The notes below the pieces were generated by a model, which did no database searches, had not been told where the DNA came from, and saw nothing but the letters and a program-made list of their open reading frames with translations. A program made the position numbers and the translations under genes. A stretch of 64,000 nucleotides of DNA from Camelus dromedarius (taxonomy: Eukaryota), in contig NC_087436.1 in the NCBI RefSeq assembly GCF_036321535.1, positions 114,206,001 through 114,270,000 of the forward strand, in the 5' to 3' direction. Shown piece after piece: positions 1 to 12,205 of the stretch (position 1 is its first letter; every line of letters begins with the position of its first letter).

Positions 1-99
1 GGAAGACATCCCTGCTCTGCAGACCTGTAGGTTTCTGGTCTCTGGTTTCTGTTTAATCTTTAATAGCATCAGGCTTTCCTTGGTCAAAACTGAGAGGCT

Positions 100-680
100 C
101 CCAGCCAGCATTTCCATTTCTGGATATGTACCCAAAAGGATTGAAAGAAAGGTCTCAAAGAGACATTTGCACATCCATATTTATAGCAGTGATATTCACA
201 ACAGTCAAAAGATGGAAGTAACCCAAGTGTCCATTGACAGGTAAATAGGAAAACAATGGAATATTATTCAGCCTTTAAAAAGGAAGAGAATTCTGACACA
301 TGCTACACCATGGATAAGCTCTCAGGACATTGTGCTAAGCAAAATAAGCCAACTACCTATAGCAATACAGATATGGGTAGAAAGAAAGAGAGACAATGAT
401 TCCGCTTATGTGAGGTCCCTGGTGTAGTCAAATTCATAAAAACAGAAAATAGAAGGGTGGTTGTCAGGGTCTGAGGAAAAAAGAGGGAATGGGAAGATAG
501 TATTTAAATGGTAGAGAATTTCAGTTTTGCAGGATAAAAATTTCTAGAGATTGGCTGTGCAATGGTGGGGATATACTTGATATTAGTGAACTGTACACTT
601 TAAAAATGTTTAAAATGGCAAATTGCATGTCTTGTGCATTTTACCACAGTTCAAGATAAAATTAAAACAGGAGAAAAAAA
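100..680 (+). mobile_element. L1MB-type LINE-1 3' end (end of ORF2 plus 3' UTR)
   Basis: Diagnostic L1 3' segments (AACCCAAGTGTCCATTGAC, ATGGAATATTATTCAGCCTT, GTGAACTGTACACTT..AAAATGG) ending in an A-rich tail. Confidence 0.9.
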
Positions 681-2471
681 GCCCTGAGGGGCCTATGTCC
701 TCTCCCCTTCTCTGCAGCATGGGTTGCAGTTCCTCAGGGGTCCCTTGTGTCTAATGCCTTTTCTTCCCCTCTGCATGACCCTTCCTTCATCCTCTCCATG
801 TTCTTCTACCCACTTCTCACCAGGAAGCAAGATGTCTCTACTAGAAGGCTACGGCAATTTTCTGATCCCTAACTCTTTATCGCCATTTTGATTGGGGGTC
901 ACACCTACATCCTGCCCCCTGGGATATGATTTTTCCAGGCCCTACATTGGGTAGCTGCTCCGGAGTTAAGCTCCAATCTCCAATTCAAGTTTAACCTGCC
1001 ATGAAACTGACTTCTTTTTAATCATTATTTGGCTCCTGGAGCTGTTTTCCAATTGGTTCAAAGCCCACAGATGAGGGGCTGTGAGTAATTAGTGCCCTCA
1101 AATTCAATCCAGAGGTCCAGACTCCTAGAGAATTTTTTGCTTTGTGTCAACCTTGAGTAACATGAAAAGCAATGGCCCAAATTTGATCCCTAAATTATAT
1201 AACATATTCCACTACCTAAGGCCCTCACTCAGCAATCCTGTAGTGGTTGCCCATTGTCCAAGCATCATTTGAAGTTTGTGCCTCACTGAGAACATTGCAG
1301 GACCTCCTCACAGCTCTCTCTGTGTCAGGTGTTGAGTGGAGCTCATGCCTGTTTGCCGATTGACTGAGTGTTGTTACAACGCAAAAGAAGAATGACTCTC
1401 TAAGCGCTGCCCATTTAGGTCATTCTTGACTTGGATAGACGTTATTCTCAGTCACTGGCAACATGACAGGGCAAAAAGAACGGGCGACTGAGGATAAGGA
1501 ATGCCTCGTCTTACTAATTTAGATGAAATATATGTCTAAATTTGATGAATTTAGGTAACAAATCATTTGGCAAATCACTTGCCCTTTTGAGCATCCATCC
1601 CCTTGTCTATAAAATTAGGCTCTTTGCACTGATGTCTAAGCTCTCTCCTACTTCAAACATACTCTCAACTCTATGGATGTAATCGTAGTTTCAGCCCAGC
1701 ATTAACAGATTCAGGCAGACACACCCACCCTGTGCCTCCCCACTGACTCTGGCCTGCAGAAGAGCCCAACAAGCATTTTTTTTTTTTCAGGCACCAGAGG
1801 ATCAGGCAGGCTGTTGAACCACGATATCAAACTCCAGTCAGATGATCCCCCACTGGGTTTTTAAATCAACATGGAATGGTTCTGACCCAGTGTGAAGGCA
1901 GCTGAAACTGACAATCCAAAGGTGGCTATGGGAGATGTCCTGAGGAGTACCCTTGATAATTAAAATGAACAAAGATGTTCCTTTCATCGAGGTATCAAAA
2001 ATAAATCTAAACCATGGGTTGTTTTTGGAGGAACATCATCCAGCCCTAATCTTATTCGTCCCCGCGTTCCACTGTTCTTCCCTCCCTGGTTTGGCAGCTT
2101 GCCACCGGGAAGGAGCTGCCTTGGGTTATAAGCTGTCAGACTCTGCATTTAAATATTACTCACCCAGCTCAGTTCAAGGTACAGGTCAGCCCATAGTATT
2201 AAGTTAAGTACACTGGGAAATACATTATCTTTTGGGTCACTGGGGTGCAATTCAGTGAACAGCAACAGGATTTCCTGGTTGATATATGATTCCACAAGAG
2301 GTCATAGCTTGCCTGCCCCAGAAATAATGGCAATAATCCCCTGCATTCATATTCCACTCAGAGCCTGTAAGGGGCTTTTCACATCCATTACCAACTAGGA
2401 CATTCTCAGTGGAGTCAGCCCAGCACAAGAGCGTGTTAGAAATAAGCTCAAGTGCTTGTTTCCCACCGTCC

Positions 2472-2615
2472 AAACTGTGTTACCTTGAGTAAGTCACACC
2501 ACCTCTCAGAGCCTCAATTCACTTACGGTGATTAGGAAATGCTAATGCTATTTGCCTTGTAGGGGTATCAAGGATATCAAATGAGGCAAAGTGTGTGCAC
2601 AGCGTATGTTTCCTT
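2472..2615 (+). mobile_element. MIR SINE fragment
   Basis: Core CTGTGTTACCTTGAGTAAGTCAC..CCTCTCAGAGCCTCAATT. Confidence 0.75.
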
Positions 2616-3019
2616 TCATTATATCACAGAAAAGAGCCTATTAGATGTGCTCCTTAGGAGCCAATTGATAATCGTAAAAATAGGTCCCTATTCACCTTCT
2701 AAAGCCTTAAAAACAAACGCAGTAGAGCCAAAATTGTTTTTAAAAGGCCTTCTTTATTTTTTCTTTTGATTGGCATTCATTCATTGAGTACATTTGCACA
2801 ATAGTTATAAAGCTCGATGTCTGCCTTCCAGGAACTTGGAATTTAGGATACATGTAGATGTGGTTACTGCTGCAACCTCAGGCAGAGGTCAGAAATGGAG
2901 AAGCAAGGTCAGTCCAGCAGAGGCTAGACGTCAGTGACAGCAAGTGATACGATGCCAATGAAGGGAGCCAAGGAACGAGATGACACTGTACCACGGCACT
3001 GACAGAAAAGAACTATCAA

Positions 3020-3250
3020 CTGCTACAGTCCTATCATGTGGCAGCTACTAGACGTATCTTCTCTCTAATCCTGACCTCCACTCTGCACAATATTATTGTT
3101 AGGATCAACATTATCCCCATTTTAGGGAAAGGATAACTGAGGCTTATGAAGGTTAAGTACTGTGCCCACAACTGGTAAAGCATCAGACTGTGGGCTCACA
3201 ACCACATGTCGTCGAACCCAAAGCCTTTGTCTATTGCCCTGCACTGTGTA
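3020..3250 (-). mobile_element. MIR SINE
   Basis: Antisense core ATCCCCATTTT..AACTGAGGCTT..GGTTAAGT. Confidence 0.75.
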
Positions 3251-3366
3251 ACAGTTCTCCTCAGAAATCAGAAGAGGGGAGCCCTGAGATCTATTTTTTT
3301 CTGGCTCGACCCTGAAAGACCGAAAGATGGAGACGGTATGAATAAAGTATTTCAGAAGGAGGTCAC

Positions 3367-3970
3367 TGTGGGTTCGTCACCAGTTGTGGGCTCTGGCCAG
3401 CAGAAGTCCCACCAAGACGGAATGAACTACTCAGGACTCTGGGGAAAAGTCAAGAGAGTGAGAGGGAGTCAGGAGCCAACTTCACGAGCCTCTCAAATCT
3501 CTCATATTTATTGAGTACAGTCTAAGCAGGAATTTAGGGAAGGACAGGGTGGGATCACAATGAGTACAAAGGCTTTGTTTATTGTTGCTGTTTGGCTCAA
3601 GGTCAGAAGACCCTTTTTGGTGAATCATAATCGTGTTGAGCCTTTCAGCTTATCAGGGCGGAACGATGAGAATCAGCTGCTTGACAAGATTTTCCTGGAC
3701 TCAGGCGGGTGCCTGTCTTAGGTTGCCCCCTCAGGGGGTCTTACCCGTCATTGGCTAACCAGCCTTCTCACCTCTGAGTCTGCAGCTTCTTACCATTCCA
3801 GCCCAAGGCTGTTTTGGGGATAGAAGACTAACAGCAGGCACGCCCAGCGTTTATAGCCGGGGGCCTGGGTCATTGTTAAAACCTCAAGGCAGTTACTGAG
3901 TGCATCTTCTTTAAGGAGATAAGCGGCTGGGATCTGTTACAATTTGTTAACCCAATCATGGGCTCCCACA
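3367..3970 (-). mobile_element. Solo LTR, probably class II (ERVK/betaretrovirus-like), lineage-specific
   Basis: TGTGGG...CCCACA inverted termini; 6-bp TSD GGTCAC (3361-3366) / AGTCAC (3971-3976); minus-strand TATAAA (3850-3855), CCAAT (3750-3754), AATAAA (3578-3583, 3507-3512); several CpGs retained. Confidence 0.75.
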
Positions 3971-4303
3971 AGTCACAGTATAAATAAATTATGAACATAT
4001 GTTTTTGGAGATATTGAGGAGTCCAGTCTGGCTAGAAAGGTGTTTGATGGTGGGCTGCCCATTACCAGAATTTCGACTATAGTGTGAGGTCAAACTTTCT
4101 AAAGACCAAGTGGACCGATGACTTCTTAAGATGCCCTCCTCAAAGAACACCCTGCCTCCACATCCTTCCTTGCAATCAATTACTTCAGTCACTCTGTTGC
4201 TTCCAATTGTCCCTACTTGCTCCAGACTGAGCTCCGATATTTAGAATAAGTATTTGATTATGCCTTAAATAGTGAATGAGACCATCTTATGTTATACCCG
4301 CTC

Positions 4304-4331
4304 TCTGGTTTGGTCTGGTTTGGTTTGGTTT
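4304..4331. repeat. (TGGTT)n pentanucleotide repeat
   Basis: About 5 imperfect units seen directly. Confidence 0.8.
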
Positions 4332-5257
4332 CCATCTCTACCATGAAGGTAGAAGTAGCAAGCTCAAATGCCGATGTTGACAGACTTCCATGATCCCCAC
4401 TGGAAAACGTCAAGAAGATCATTGTGCTTCTGAGCTAACAAGAAGGGAAATCAGAAGCTACCCCTCAATGAGAAAAATGTCAAAGAATTTTCAGACCTGT
4501 TGTGAAAACCACAGTCCAGCCTCTAACTGCACATGTTTACATTCCACCCACACGGAAATTACCTTCATCCTCTCCTGAGGCATCTCCCCACTCCAAGCAG
4601 TTTTATTTATCATTGCCTCAGGCTCAAACTTCAGGCCCAGGATCTAATCACCAAATTTCTGTAAAATGGAAATTATACTTTCTCCAATTATATCACATGA
4701 CTATACTAAGGATCGTGTTAAGTATATGTGTACACACACATACACATACACACACGCAATTTATATACACACATAAAATCATGATGTCATTTCACAATAA
4801 AAAGTTAATTATACAGAAAGAACCTTTACTTATGCAATTTTTATGTCTTCTTCCAGGTAATTAATTTTATGGAAATTTGCAATCCTTGTCCTCCTGCTGC
4901 CCTCCTCCCCCTCACCACACAGAACTCCTAGTACTCTTAGGAATATTGGGCAAACACTCTCACTAAGATATATTAAAAAGTTAAATTACCACTAATTGTT
5001 GTATGACACATGCATCAAACAATATGTTTTTAGACGCTGAGATTTTTCTATGCAAACTCCAGATGCTAACATCTTAACCTCAAGCACTGTTTCCTTGTTC
5101 TGAAATGGCACATTGACATATGTCACCTACTGAATTCACCCTCCCAGTCAGTGCTTATGGAATTTTACTGTATTTTGCTGAGTTTGGGCAGTAGCCAGAA
5201 AAATGTCTCCCATGAGACAAAAGTGGCTGGTTATTTCCCCAGCCACTTATACTGGGG

Positions 5258-5293
5258 AATAATAATAATGATAATAATAATAACAATAATAAC

Positions 5294-5328
<35 letters not shown>
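5258..5328. repeat. (AAT)n microsatellite
   Basis: Direct trinucleotide run with AAC/GAT interruptions; it explains the poly-Ile ORF 5151-5357. Confidence 0.97.
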
Positions 5329-5329
<1 letters not shown>

Positions 5330-6260
5330 GATTTTAGCTGGGCACAGGACCATCTAGCTAAAGAGTTTATTTCTCAATTTTTCTTAAAATTAGGTATACC
5401 CATGTGACAATATTCTAGTCAACAGTGTGTAGGTTCAAGCGCTGAGTTGTAACTGTTGGATCAGGCCCTTAATACATAAGGAGCACAGTCTTCCTGTCTC
5501 TTTTCTACTTCCTATTGACTGAAATGCAGATGTGATAGTGGAGCAGTGGCAGCCATCTTATACCACAAGGTGGAAGCTACATGTTGAGGATGGTAGAGTA
5601 ATAAGAATGTCCACATTAGCTTAAGTTGATTTTTTTTTAATTTTTTAATTGAAATACAGTCAGTTACAATGTGTCAATTTCTGGTGTACAGCATAATGTC
5701 CCAGTCATGTGTAGATATACATATATCCATTTTCATATTCTTTTTCATTGAAGTTTACTACAAGATATTGAATATAGTTCCCTGTGCTATACAGAAGAGA
5801 TTTGTTTCTTATCTATTTTTATATATAGTGGTTAACCTTTGCAAATGTCAGACTCCCAAATTTATCCCTACCCACCCTCTTTCTCTCAGTAACCATAAAA
5901 TTGTTTACTATGTCTGTGAGTCTGCTTCTGTTTTGTAGATGGGTTCATTAGTGTCCTCTATTCTTTCTTTCTTTCTTTTTTTTTAGATTCCACATATAAG
6001 TGATATCATATTTTATCATGTATTTTTCTTTCTCTTTCTGGATTACTTCACTTAGAATGACGATCTCCAGGTCCATCCACGTTGCTGCAAATGCCATTAT
6101 TTTCTTATTTTTTATGGCCAAATAGTATTCCGTTGTATAAATATACCACAACTTCTTTATCAAGTCCAGCTTAACTTGAGATGGTTGACTGCTTATACTT
6201 AGACAGGTACCTAAGAGAGAAAGAGCTTTTATCTGGCTCGACTGAATTATAGCAGGAAAA
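5329..6260 (+). mobile_element. MLT1 (MaLR) LTR, old subfamily, split by an L1 insertion
   Basis: GATTTTAGCTGGGCAC, CCATGTGAC, AATGCAGATGTGAT..GCAGCCATCTT..GAGGATGGTAGAG; resumes after the L1 TSD at 6168. Confidence 0.65.
5630..6167 (-). mobile_element. Young lineage-specific L1, 5'-truncated 3' end
   Basis: Poly-T tail; ORF2 C-terminus IKKLWYIYTTEYYLAIK..AATWMDLE (ORF 5948-6163); 12-bp TSD AGCTTAAGTTGA (5618-5629) / AGCTTAACTTGA (6168-6179). Confidence 0.95.
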
Positions 6261-7194
6261 GAGAACGGTAACTGATAGACCCGCTCAGATTACACTCATC
6301 TTGCAGCTGTGACAACATTGGCTCTACCTCCATTCTTTGCATCATGATCTCTTACCTTCCTGCCCTGCAGGAAGTCATGGGCCACCCATGGGCCTGCCCT
6401 GATCTACACTCTACCTGACCCACATTTGCCACTAAACCTGTCTCAGAATCCCTAGAGGGAAGGAGCTTAGGAACTCTCTGCTGATCCCCACTTTGCTCCT
6501 AGTCTTCTCAAGTCTCTAATGGATCCTCCAAAGTCCTATGGACAGAAAGAAGAGTGAAAATATTTAACAAATAGAAAGTTCCAGACAATGAGCAATCAGA
6601 ATGGGCACCACTCACAAGCAATCACTTAGGCCACTGCTCTAAGCAGCAGCATGGTCACTGAGAGCATGCCTGCTGATTGCCACGTATGATCTTGCCTGCC
6701 TCCTGACCTGCTCCGTTCTTCAGCACCCATCCTTCTCCATAGAAAATAGTCACAGACTTGCTACAAACAGAAAAAAAGAGACATTACAATTAGAAGATGG
6801 ATGTCATCCTTAATTAAAAATTAAAAGGTGTATGACCTTAGAATGGACTACAAGACAGAATATCCCTTCTGGGTTTTCATTTATAACAATGGAGTCCCCA
6901 GACCCATTTTCATATTGGCATAAATTCAGACTTGCTCCAGCCCACTAACTATAGCCCTTGCACTCTTGGTTTTAAATTGTGACTGGCACATCAGGAAACA
7001 GCACACTGTGACCACGAGCAACCCTGCAATTAGCAAAATACTTCAACATTCAAGGGGGAGTACAGTGTTTGCACAAATGAGGCACACTGATATGCCAGGC
7101 AGCAACTGTAACAGCAAAACAAAGACACCAGCATCCTAGGGAATGGACATTTCAGACTCCCTGACATTATAGCTGTTTTGAGTACCTCAGTTTA

Positions 7195-7420
7195 ACCCAA
7201 CTAAATATTCACCAAGCGCTTCTCCTGCACCAGGCACTGACTCTACCAGGTGTTGGGAAACAAAGATGATTGAAGACAAGGTCCCAACTCTCACATGAAC
7301 AAACTAATGAACAAAACGCCTGCGATTCTCTGTAGGTATCACGATAGGTAATGTCTAAAAACTGTTACAGGAGCACAGACGAGCCAGCAATCACCTCTGC
7401 CTGGCATCAGGCTGACTAGA
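7195..7420 (-). mobile_element. L2 3' fragment
   Basis: AAATATTCACCAAGCGC..CCAGGCACTG..GGGAAACAAAGATGA..AAGACAAGGTCCC. Confidence 0.65.
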
Positions 7421-7599
7421 AATGTTCAGAAAGATCACGCTTGCGTCCTGTTATAACGTGCGAATTGGTGCTCACCAGGCAGACAAAGAAGGAAGAACAC
7501 AACTAGTAACGGGGACAACAGAGGCAAAGTCTCTGCAGACAGGAAAAGGTACAGTGTCCGGGGGAGGGCGCTGGCATAGCAGGTATTGAAGCCGCAAGA

Positions 7600-7765
7600 T
7601 GTGGTCCTCAAATGCTGGTGCAGCGGGAAGCCCTGGAAGCCTATGGGAGCTACCGTGCCAGCAGCAGCCAAGAATACTAAATCAGAATCTCCATTCCTGG
7701 CATCAGGACTTTGTAGAAACTCCCCCAGGGGAGTTAGCTTGCAGCCAAGGTTAAAACCCACTACC
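7600..7765. mobile_element. MER5-type hAT-Charlie MITE
   Basis: TACTAAATCAGAATCTC..CCCCAGG..TGCAGCCAAGGTTAAAACCCACT. Confidence 0.6.
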
Positions 7766-8491
7766 CTGGTTCTGACCAAGAGGGGTTCCAAATGTCATCC
7801 GGAAGAACTATGCTGCCCTCCAGGCCATGGGAATCCTAGGCTGTCCTGTCTTCAGTATCTGCAGATTTCAGGTGACCCATGTAAGGCTGTGTACTATCAT
7901 ATCACTGGGGCAGGGGCTGGGTGGGGAGGTGGACAGCTGATGTGTGGTCAAGGAATTCATTTCCTGGAGGAAATCCAAGTGTGTCAGTTATACACAGAGT
8001 TAAGTTCCCTTAGGAGGGATGGCTGCTCCATCCCTGTCTTGTGAAACTGCCCTACTTCTATCAGAGTCCACACACCTTAGATTGACCTAAAATATACGTA
8101 TCTTTCCTGTATCTTAGTCAGTTACTTACCTTCTCCTAAGAAGGTAAGTTCCTACCTGTGGGTAGGAACCATTAAAATAAATAGCTATCTCTTATTCTGT
8201 GTTGGAAGGGGCTGAGCATAAGGGAAAAAATAACTCTAATTCTCATAACGTCAGGTGGTAGACATTAGAGTTAATTCCATATTCCAGATAAGGTATCTGA
8301 AACAAAGACAGGTCTGGGACTAGAGTGCCTCACTTTCCCCACCCTAGTCCCAGCCTTACCCAGTGAGGGGCCGAGAGCAAGAAGGCAGAGGAGATGAAAG
8401 TCAACGCCAGGGAGTGAAACTCAGAACTTCCACACGTAAAGACACACCCTTAGTCCTTTTTGACACTCACTCCGGTGTTGCAGAGGGAAAC

Positions 8492-9055
8492 TGTGAGCAC
8501 TCGGGAGTTCAGAAGGTCCCACGATCACCCTCAGGTTCTATATTTCACTGAAAAGATTTACAGAACCCAACAAAGCTGTTATACTCAGGTTATGGTTTAT
8601 TACAGTAAAAGGACACAGATTACAATCAGGAACAGGACGAAGCACACTGGGACAGGTCCAGGAGGGTGCCAGGCACAAGCCTCGAGTTGTCCTCTCCCAG
8701 TGGAGTCGTGGACGGAGCTGCCCCTCCCAGCAACAGTATGTGGCAACACACTTGGAGTACTGCCAGCTAGGGTAGCTCTCCTGAGCACTGGTGTCTAAGA
8801 TTCTTACTGGGAGTTGGTCCCATAGACATGGCTGGATGCCCACATGGCTAACCTTAGTCTTCAGCCTCTCCAAGAGGTCAAGCTGATACCACACGGCGCA
8901 AGATCTCCATGATACATCACAGTTAGCATAGATTACCAGGTGTGGCCCAAGACCTCAAGTAAACAGAGAAGACATTCCAGGGTCTTAGAGTTTACTTCCC
9001 AGGATCGGTCAAAGATCAGACTTCTCCTCGGGCAAGGTTAGTCCTTTACTGCACA
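8492..9055 (-). mobile_element. MER77/MER68-type ERVL-class solo LTR
   Basis: Minus strand starts TGTGCAGTAAAGGACTAACCTTGCCC; antisense AATAAACCATAACC; 5-bp TSD GAAAC/GAACC. Confidence 0.8.
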
Positions 9056-9099
9056 GAACCAATCCCATCTTTGTACTCCAGGAAGAGGACATACAGCCT

Positions 9100-9250
9100 G
9101 CTGCTACCCCTTCCTGGCTGGGTGGCCTAGGGAAGATTCCTCAAGCTCTCTGAGCCTTTATTGATTGATTCACTTACAACATGAATATAATATCTCAGAC
9201 GACTGTTGAGTCTAATGTGAGGTTAAGTGTAACTAGGATGTTAGAAACCA
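9100..9250 (+). mobile_element. MIR fragment
   Basis: GCTGGGTGGCCTAGGGAAG..CTCTCTGAGCC core. Confidence 0.6.
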
Positions 9251-10109
9251 TAAAAGTAATAAAAATTAATTACATCCTGCCTCAATCCAGAATAAACGAG
9301 AGGTTTTTCTTGGGGGAAGGTCATAGAAATTGCAATACCTGGGACATAGGGCTCAGCTAAGAGAAATACTATTTCTACAAGAACACACTCATTTCACTCA
9401 ACAGGCATCTATGGGGTAACTATGGGCCAAGTTGTGGCGATGCATGGAGGAGAGGGCTATATTTCTAAGCAAGGTGCTGTGATTTGGAAAGTCGTGAATG
9501 GGAGGGTGTTACTGAGCATGCAGATTAGCTCAAGTCCAAGGAGATGAGAAGCAACATGCCTGGCTGATCTTCCCAACCTCCCACAGTCGGCTCTTCTCAA
9601 CAGCACACCTTCATGTTGGGTCCAGGTGCTGGAATTACCCATGAGATAGTCATGCTTTTTCTCTCCTTAACTACAGCTTTTTTAAAATACCCTAAATAAT
9701 GGAACAGCAGCACATACACACCCTCATTCTGATACTGCTTAGGACACAGCTGTCGGTACGCTGCAACACTTGGCATCAGACAGCTCAGAGGAGGTGTTTT
9801 AAACACCCTACGCTCCCTTGCAGATGTTTTGAAAGCTGCTGGATTCCCACATTTAAAAGAAGCAGATTTTTCTTTGATGTTTTATATTTTATTGAACTCA
9901 AAAATCTCCAGTCCTCAAAGCTTAAGGCCTACAGAGTTCAGTGGTATTAACTCACTGATCCAACCAATTTTTATCGATCACCCACTATTTGTCATCGGTG
10001 TTGTAGGCACATAGGAAAGAAATCAATGAGAAAACTTTTTTTTAAATTTCTGCTTCTATGAAAATCACACTCTTGTACGCTCTGACAGGACATCAGTTTT
10101 GGAAAGTTA

Positions 10110-10300
10110 AGAACTGAGCACAAATCACTTAGCTGCTGTGGGATCCTGGGCACCTACCAAACCCACGTGAGTGTGTTTCATCATCTTGAAATGGAGCTAA
10201 TGACACCAGACTCCTAGGGTTAGTGTGCAAATAAGTCAGACGAGCACAGCTGAGCACCTTCGACAATTCTGGCTTATAGAAGCTACTGGGTACATGTTAG
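10110..10300 (+). mobile_element. MIR SINE
   Basis: GCTGTGGGATCCTGGGCA..TTTCATCATCTTGAAATGGAG. Confidence 0.6.
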
Positions 10301-10502
10301 GTCCCCTTCCTTTCTACCGTTTATTTCCAGGACCCCATGTGATCTCAGTTGTAAAACCAAAGGAAGAGAAGGCACTATTAGGTAGTAGATTAATTGGAAG
10401 CACTATATACTCATCATTGGACAAACTCAAATAAAATCCAAGTCTGGTATTTTGACCAGATTACCTGCTAATTCACTCTTCCCTGAAGAAACTTAAAGAA
10501 GA

Positions 10503-10820
10503 CAGTGTGAGGTAGGGGGAAATACTGCAGGCCAGGCTAAGAGAGCTGGTTTTAATTCCAGCTTCTCAGACAACGATTACATGTCTTTGGACAACTCACT
10601 TTCCCTCTCTGAGCCTCCGTTCTCTGAGCTGCAAAAATGAGAGGCTGCACTAGATCCGTGTTCTCAATCCAAGGTACACATCAGAATCCCCCGTGGTGCT
10701 TTTGCAACATCCTGACGCCCAGAAAATTAAACCAGAATCCCTGGAGGGATTTTTTAAACCCCCCTGATGTGAAGGCAGGACTGAGAACTTCTTCAGCTCC
10801 TCCTTCAGCTCTGACATCCA
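10503..10820 (+). mobile_element. MIR/MIR3 interrupted by a MER5-type MITE (about 10652-10790)
   Basis: MIR core ACTCACTTTCCCTCTCTGAGCCTC..AAAATG; MER5 motifs TTCTCAATCC..CACATCAGAATC..GGACTGAGAAC; MIR3 tail CCTTCAGCTCTGACA. Confidence 0.65.
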
Positions 10821-10823
10821 AGA

Positions 10824-11250
10824 CAGAGCTTCCAAACTCAAATGCTTACAGAGACCAGGCAGGTAATGTGAGCGCATGAAGCCAGGCAGGCACACTTGCC
10901 ACAAATGAGAGTGATGGAGTTATGCTGACAGGTAGACGCCCTGTGGGAAGTGGTCCCTGCCAGACCATTGTTTCCATGTGGGGAGCTGGAGTCAAGGGCT
11001 GGCAAATATTCCATTATTCAAGAGAAGCTGGATATCTTGTGCGTGTGTGTATGCTTGTGCACCTTTGTGTTTATGTGTACACATGCATGCTCGCACACAC
11101 ACGAAGTCTCCAAAATTTCAAACGGTGACCCAACTGGGACTGTTTCCCATTTCATTTTAATATTGTTTAAGCAAAAACAAAAATATCATACAAAAGCAAA
11201 AAGTGCTGTGCACGTTGGTAGCACTGAGGGCCATCAGTTGCTGCCCCTTA
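10824..11250 (+). mobile_element. MER102-type hAT-Charlie element
   Basis: Start CAAACTCAAATGCTTACAGAGACCAGGCAGGTAA; internal TTCAAGAGAAGCTGG; end GGGCCATCAGTT..CCCCT. Confidence 0.7.
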
Positions 11251-11824
11251 CTCTCCAAGACTTTGGACAGGCTCAGTTCTTGGAACATGGAGGCCATGAA
11301 GAAAATTTGGGGCTTAGAGATTCCTTTTCTTCCTTTCTTTGTATTCTCTCATACCTTCTTCTCATTATTGCTCCCCATCCAGAAGCCATTTCAGACATTT
11401 TTCCCCTAATCACACTTCCCATTAAATGTTCGTACACAGATATGCTGTGTGCTATCTGTGCATTATGTATAAAAGGAGTATGATTGCTCCACCACTACCC
11501 GCAAGAATCAGTTTTTGCAAATTGCCCCACTGAGCATGCAAGCCTGGTGTAACTGAACTGAGGCATCTCAACCTGAGTGCAGATCTAACTGAAGTCTGTT
11601 CTTTGGTCCTGTGTTTTCTATCGTGTCTGCCCCACCCCTCTCCCCTTCTAAGGTAGGGACTGAATGAGACAGGAGAGCTGCAGTCTGGGTTTGCATGCCC
11701 AGAAGATCGGCTAGCGGGTGTGCAGCCTTCAGTAAGCCTCTTACCCTCTACGAGCCGGTTCTCACCCCTACAGCAACCTCACAGAGTTGTTTTAAGCATG
11801 AAGTGAAACCAAGGCTAGGATAGT

Positions 11825-12205
11825 GACCGAGGGTTGGTGAACACTGTCCTTTGCCATCCAGATCCTCCTTCTGTGTACGCCCAGTCACTGGGAGTAGACA
11901 GCCTTCAGTTACCAGCCCCTTGGGGGATGGCCACAGATTGCCCATATCTAACGGTCAATAAGGGAAGATAAAGTCCTATCAGCCAATAGGGAACAATCCT
12001 GAAATGCCACTCGAGCTGGCTCCAGGGGGTCCCTTGGGTCTGGCCAAAGTTGTTCCTGGCCAACATCTCAACTCATCTCCCTCTGCCCACTCCTGCTTTA
12101 TTCTGCCTCCTCTACAAATCTGGAGTCCAAGGACACACCTGGATAAATATCCTACACACAAGACTCCATTTGGAATCTGCTTCCCAGGGAAACAGAACCT
12201 CCACA
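11825..12205 (+). mobile_element. LTR16-family ERVL LTR
   Basis: 3' end TCTCCCTCTGCCCACTCCTGCTT..ATAAATATCCTACAC..TCTGCTTCCCAGGGAAAC..ACA. Confidence 0.7.

Noticed and set aside
1776..1997. Strong splice acceptor (T)nCAG at 1789 as an exon start
   Set aside because: Only a weak downstream donor and no recognisable coding content; a poly-T followed by CAG is common.
3164..3391. 13-bp perfect inverted repeat GCCCACAACTGGT (3164-3176 / 3379-3391)
   Set aside because: One arm lies in a MIR and the other in the LTR; compatible with chance in 64 kb.
5151..5357. Poly-isoleucine membrane-like ORF
   Set aside because: Translation of the (AAT)n microsatellite.
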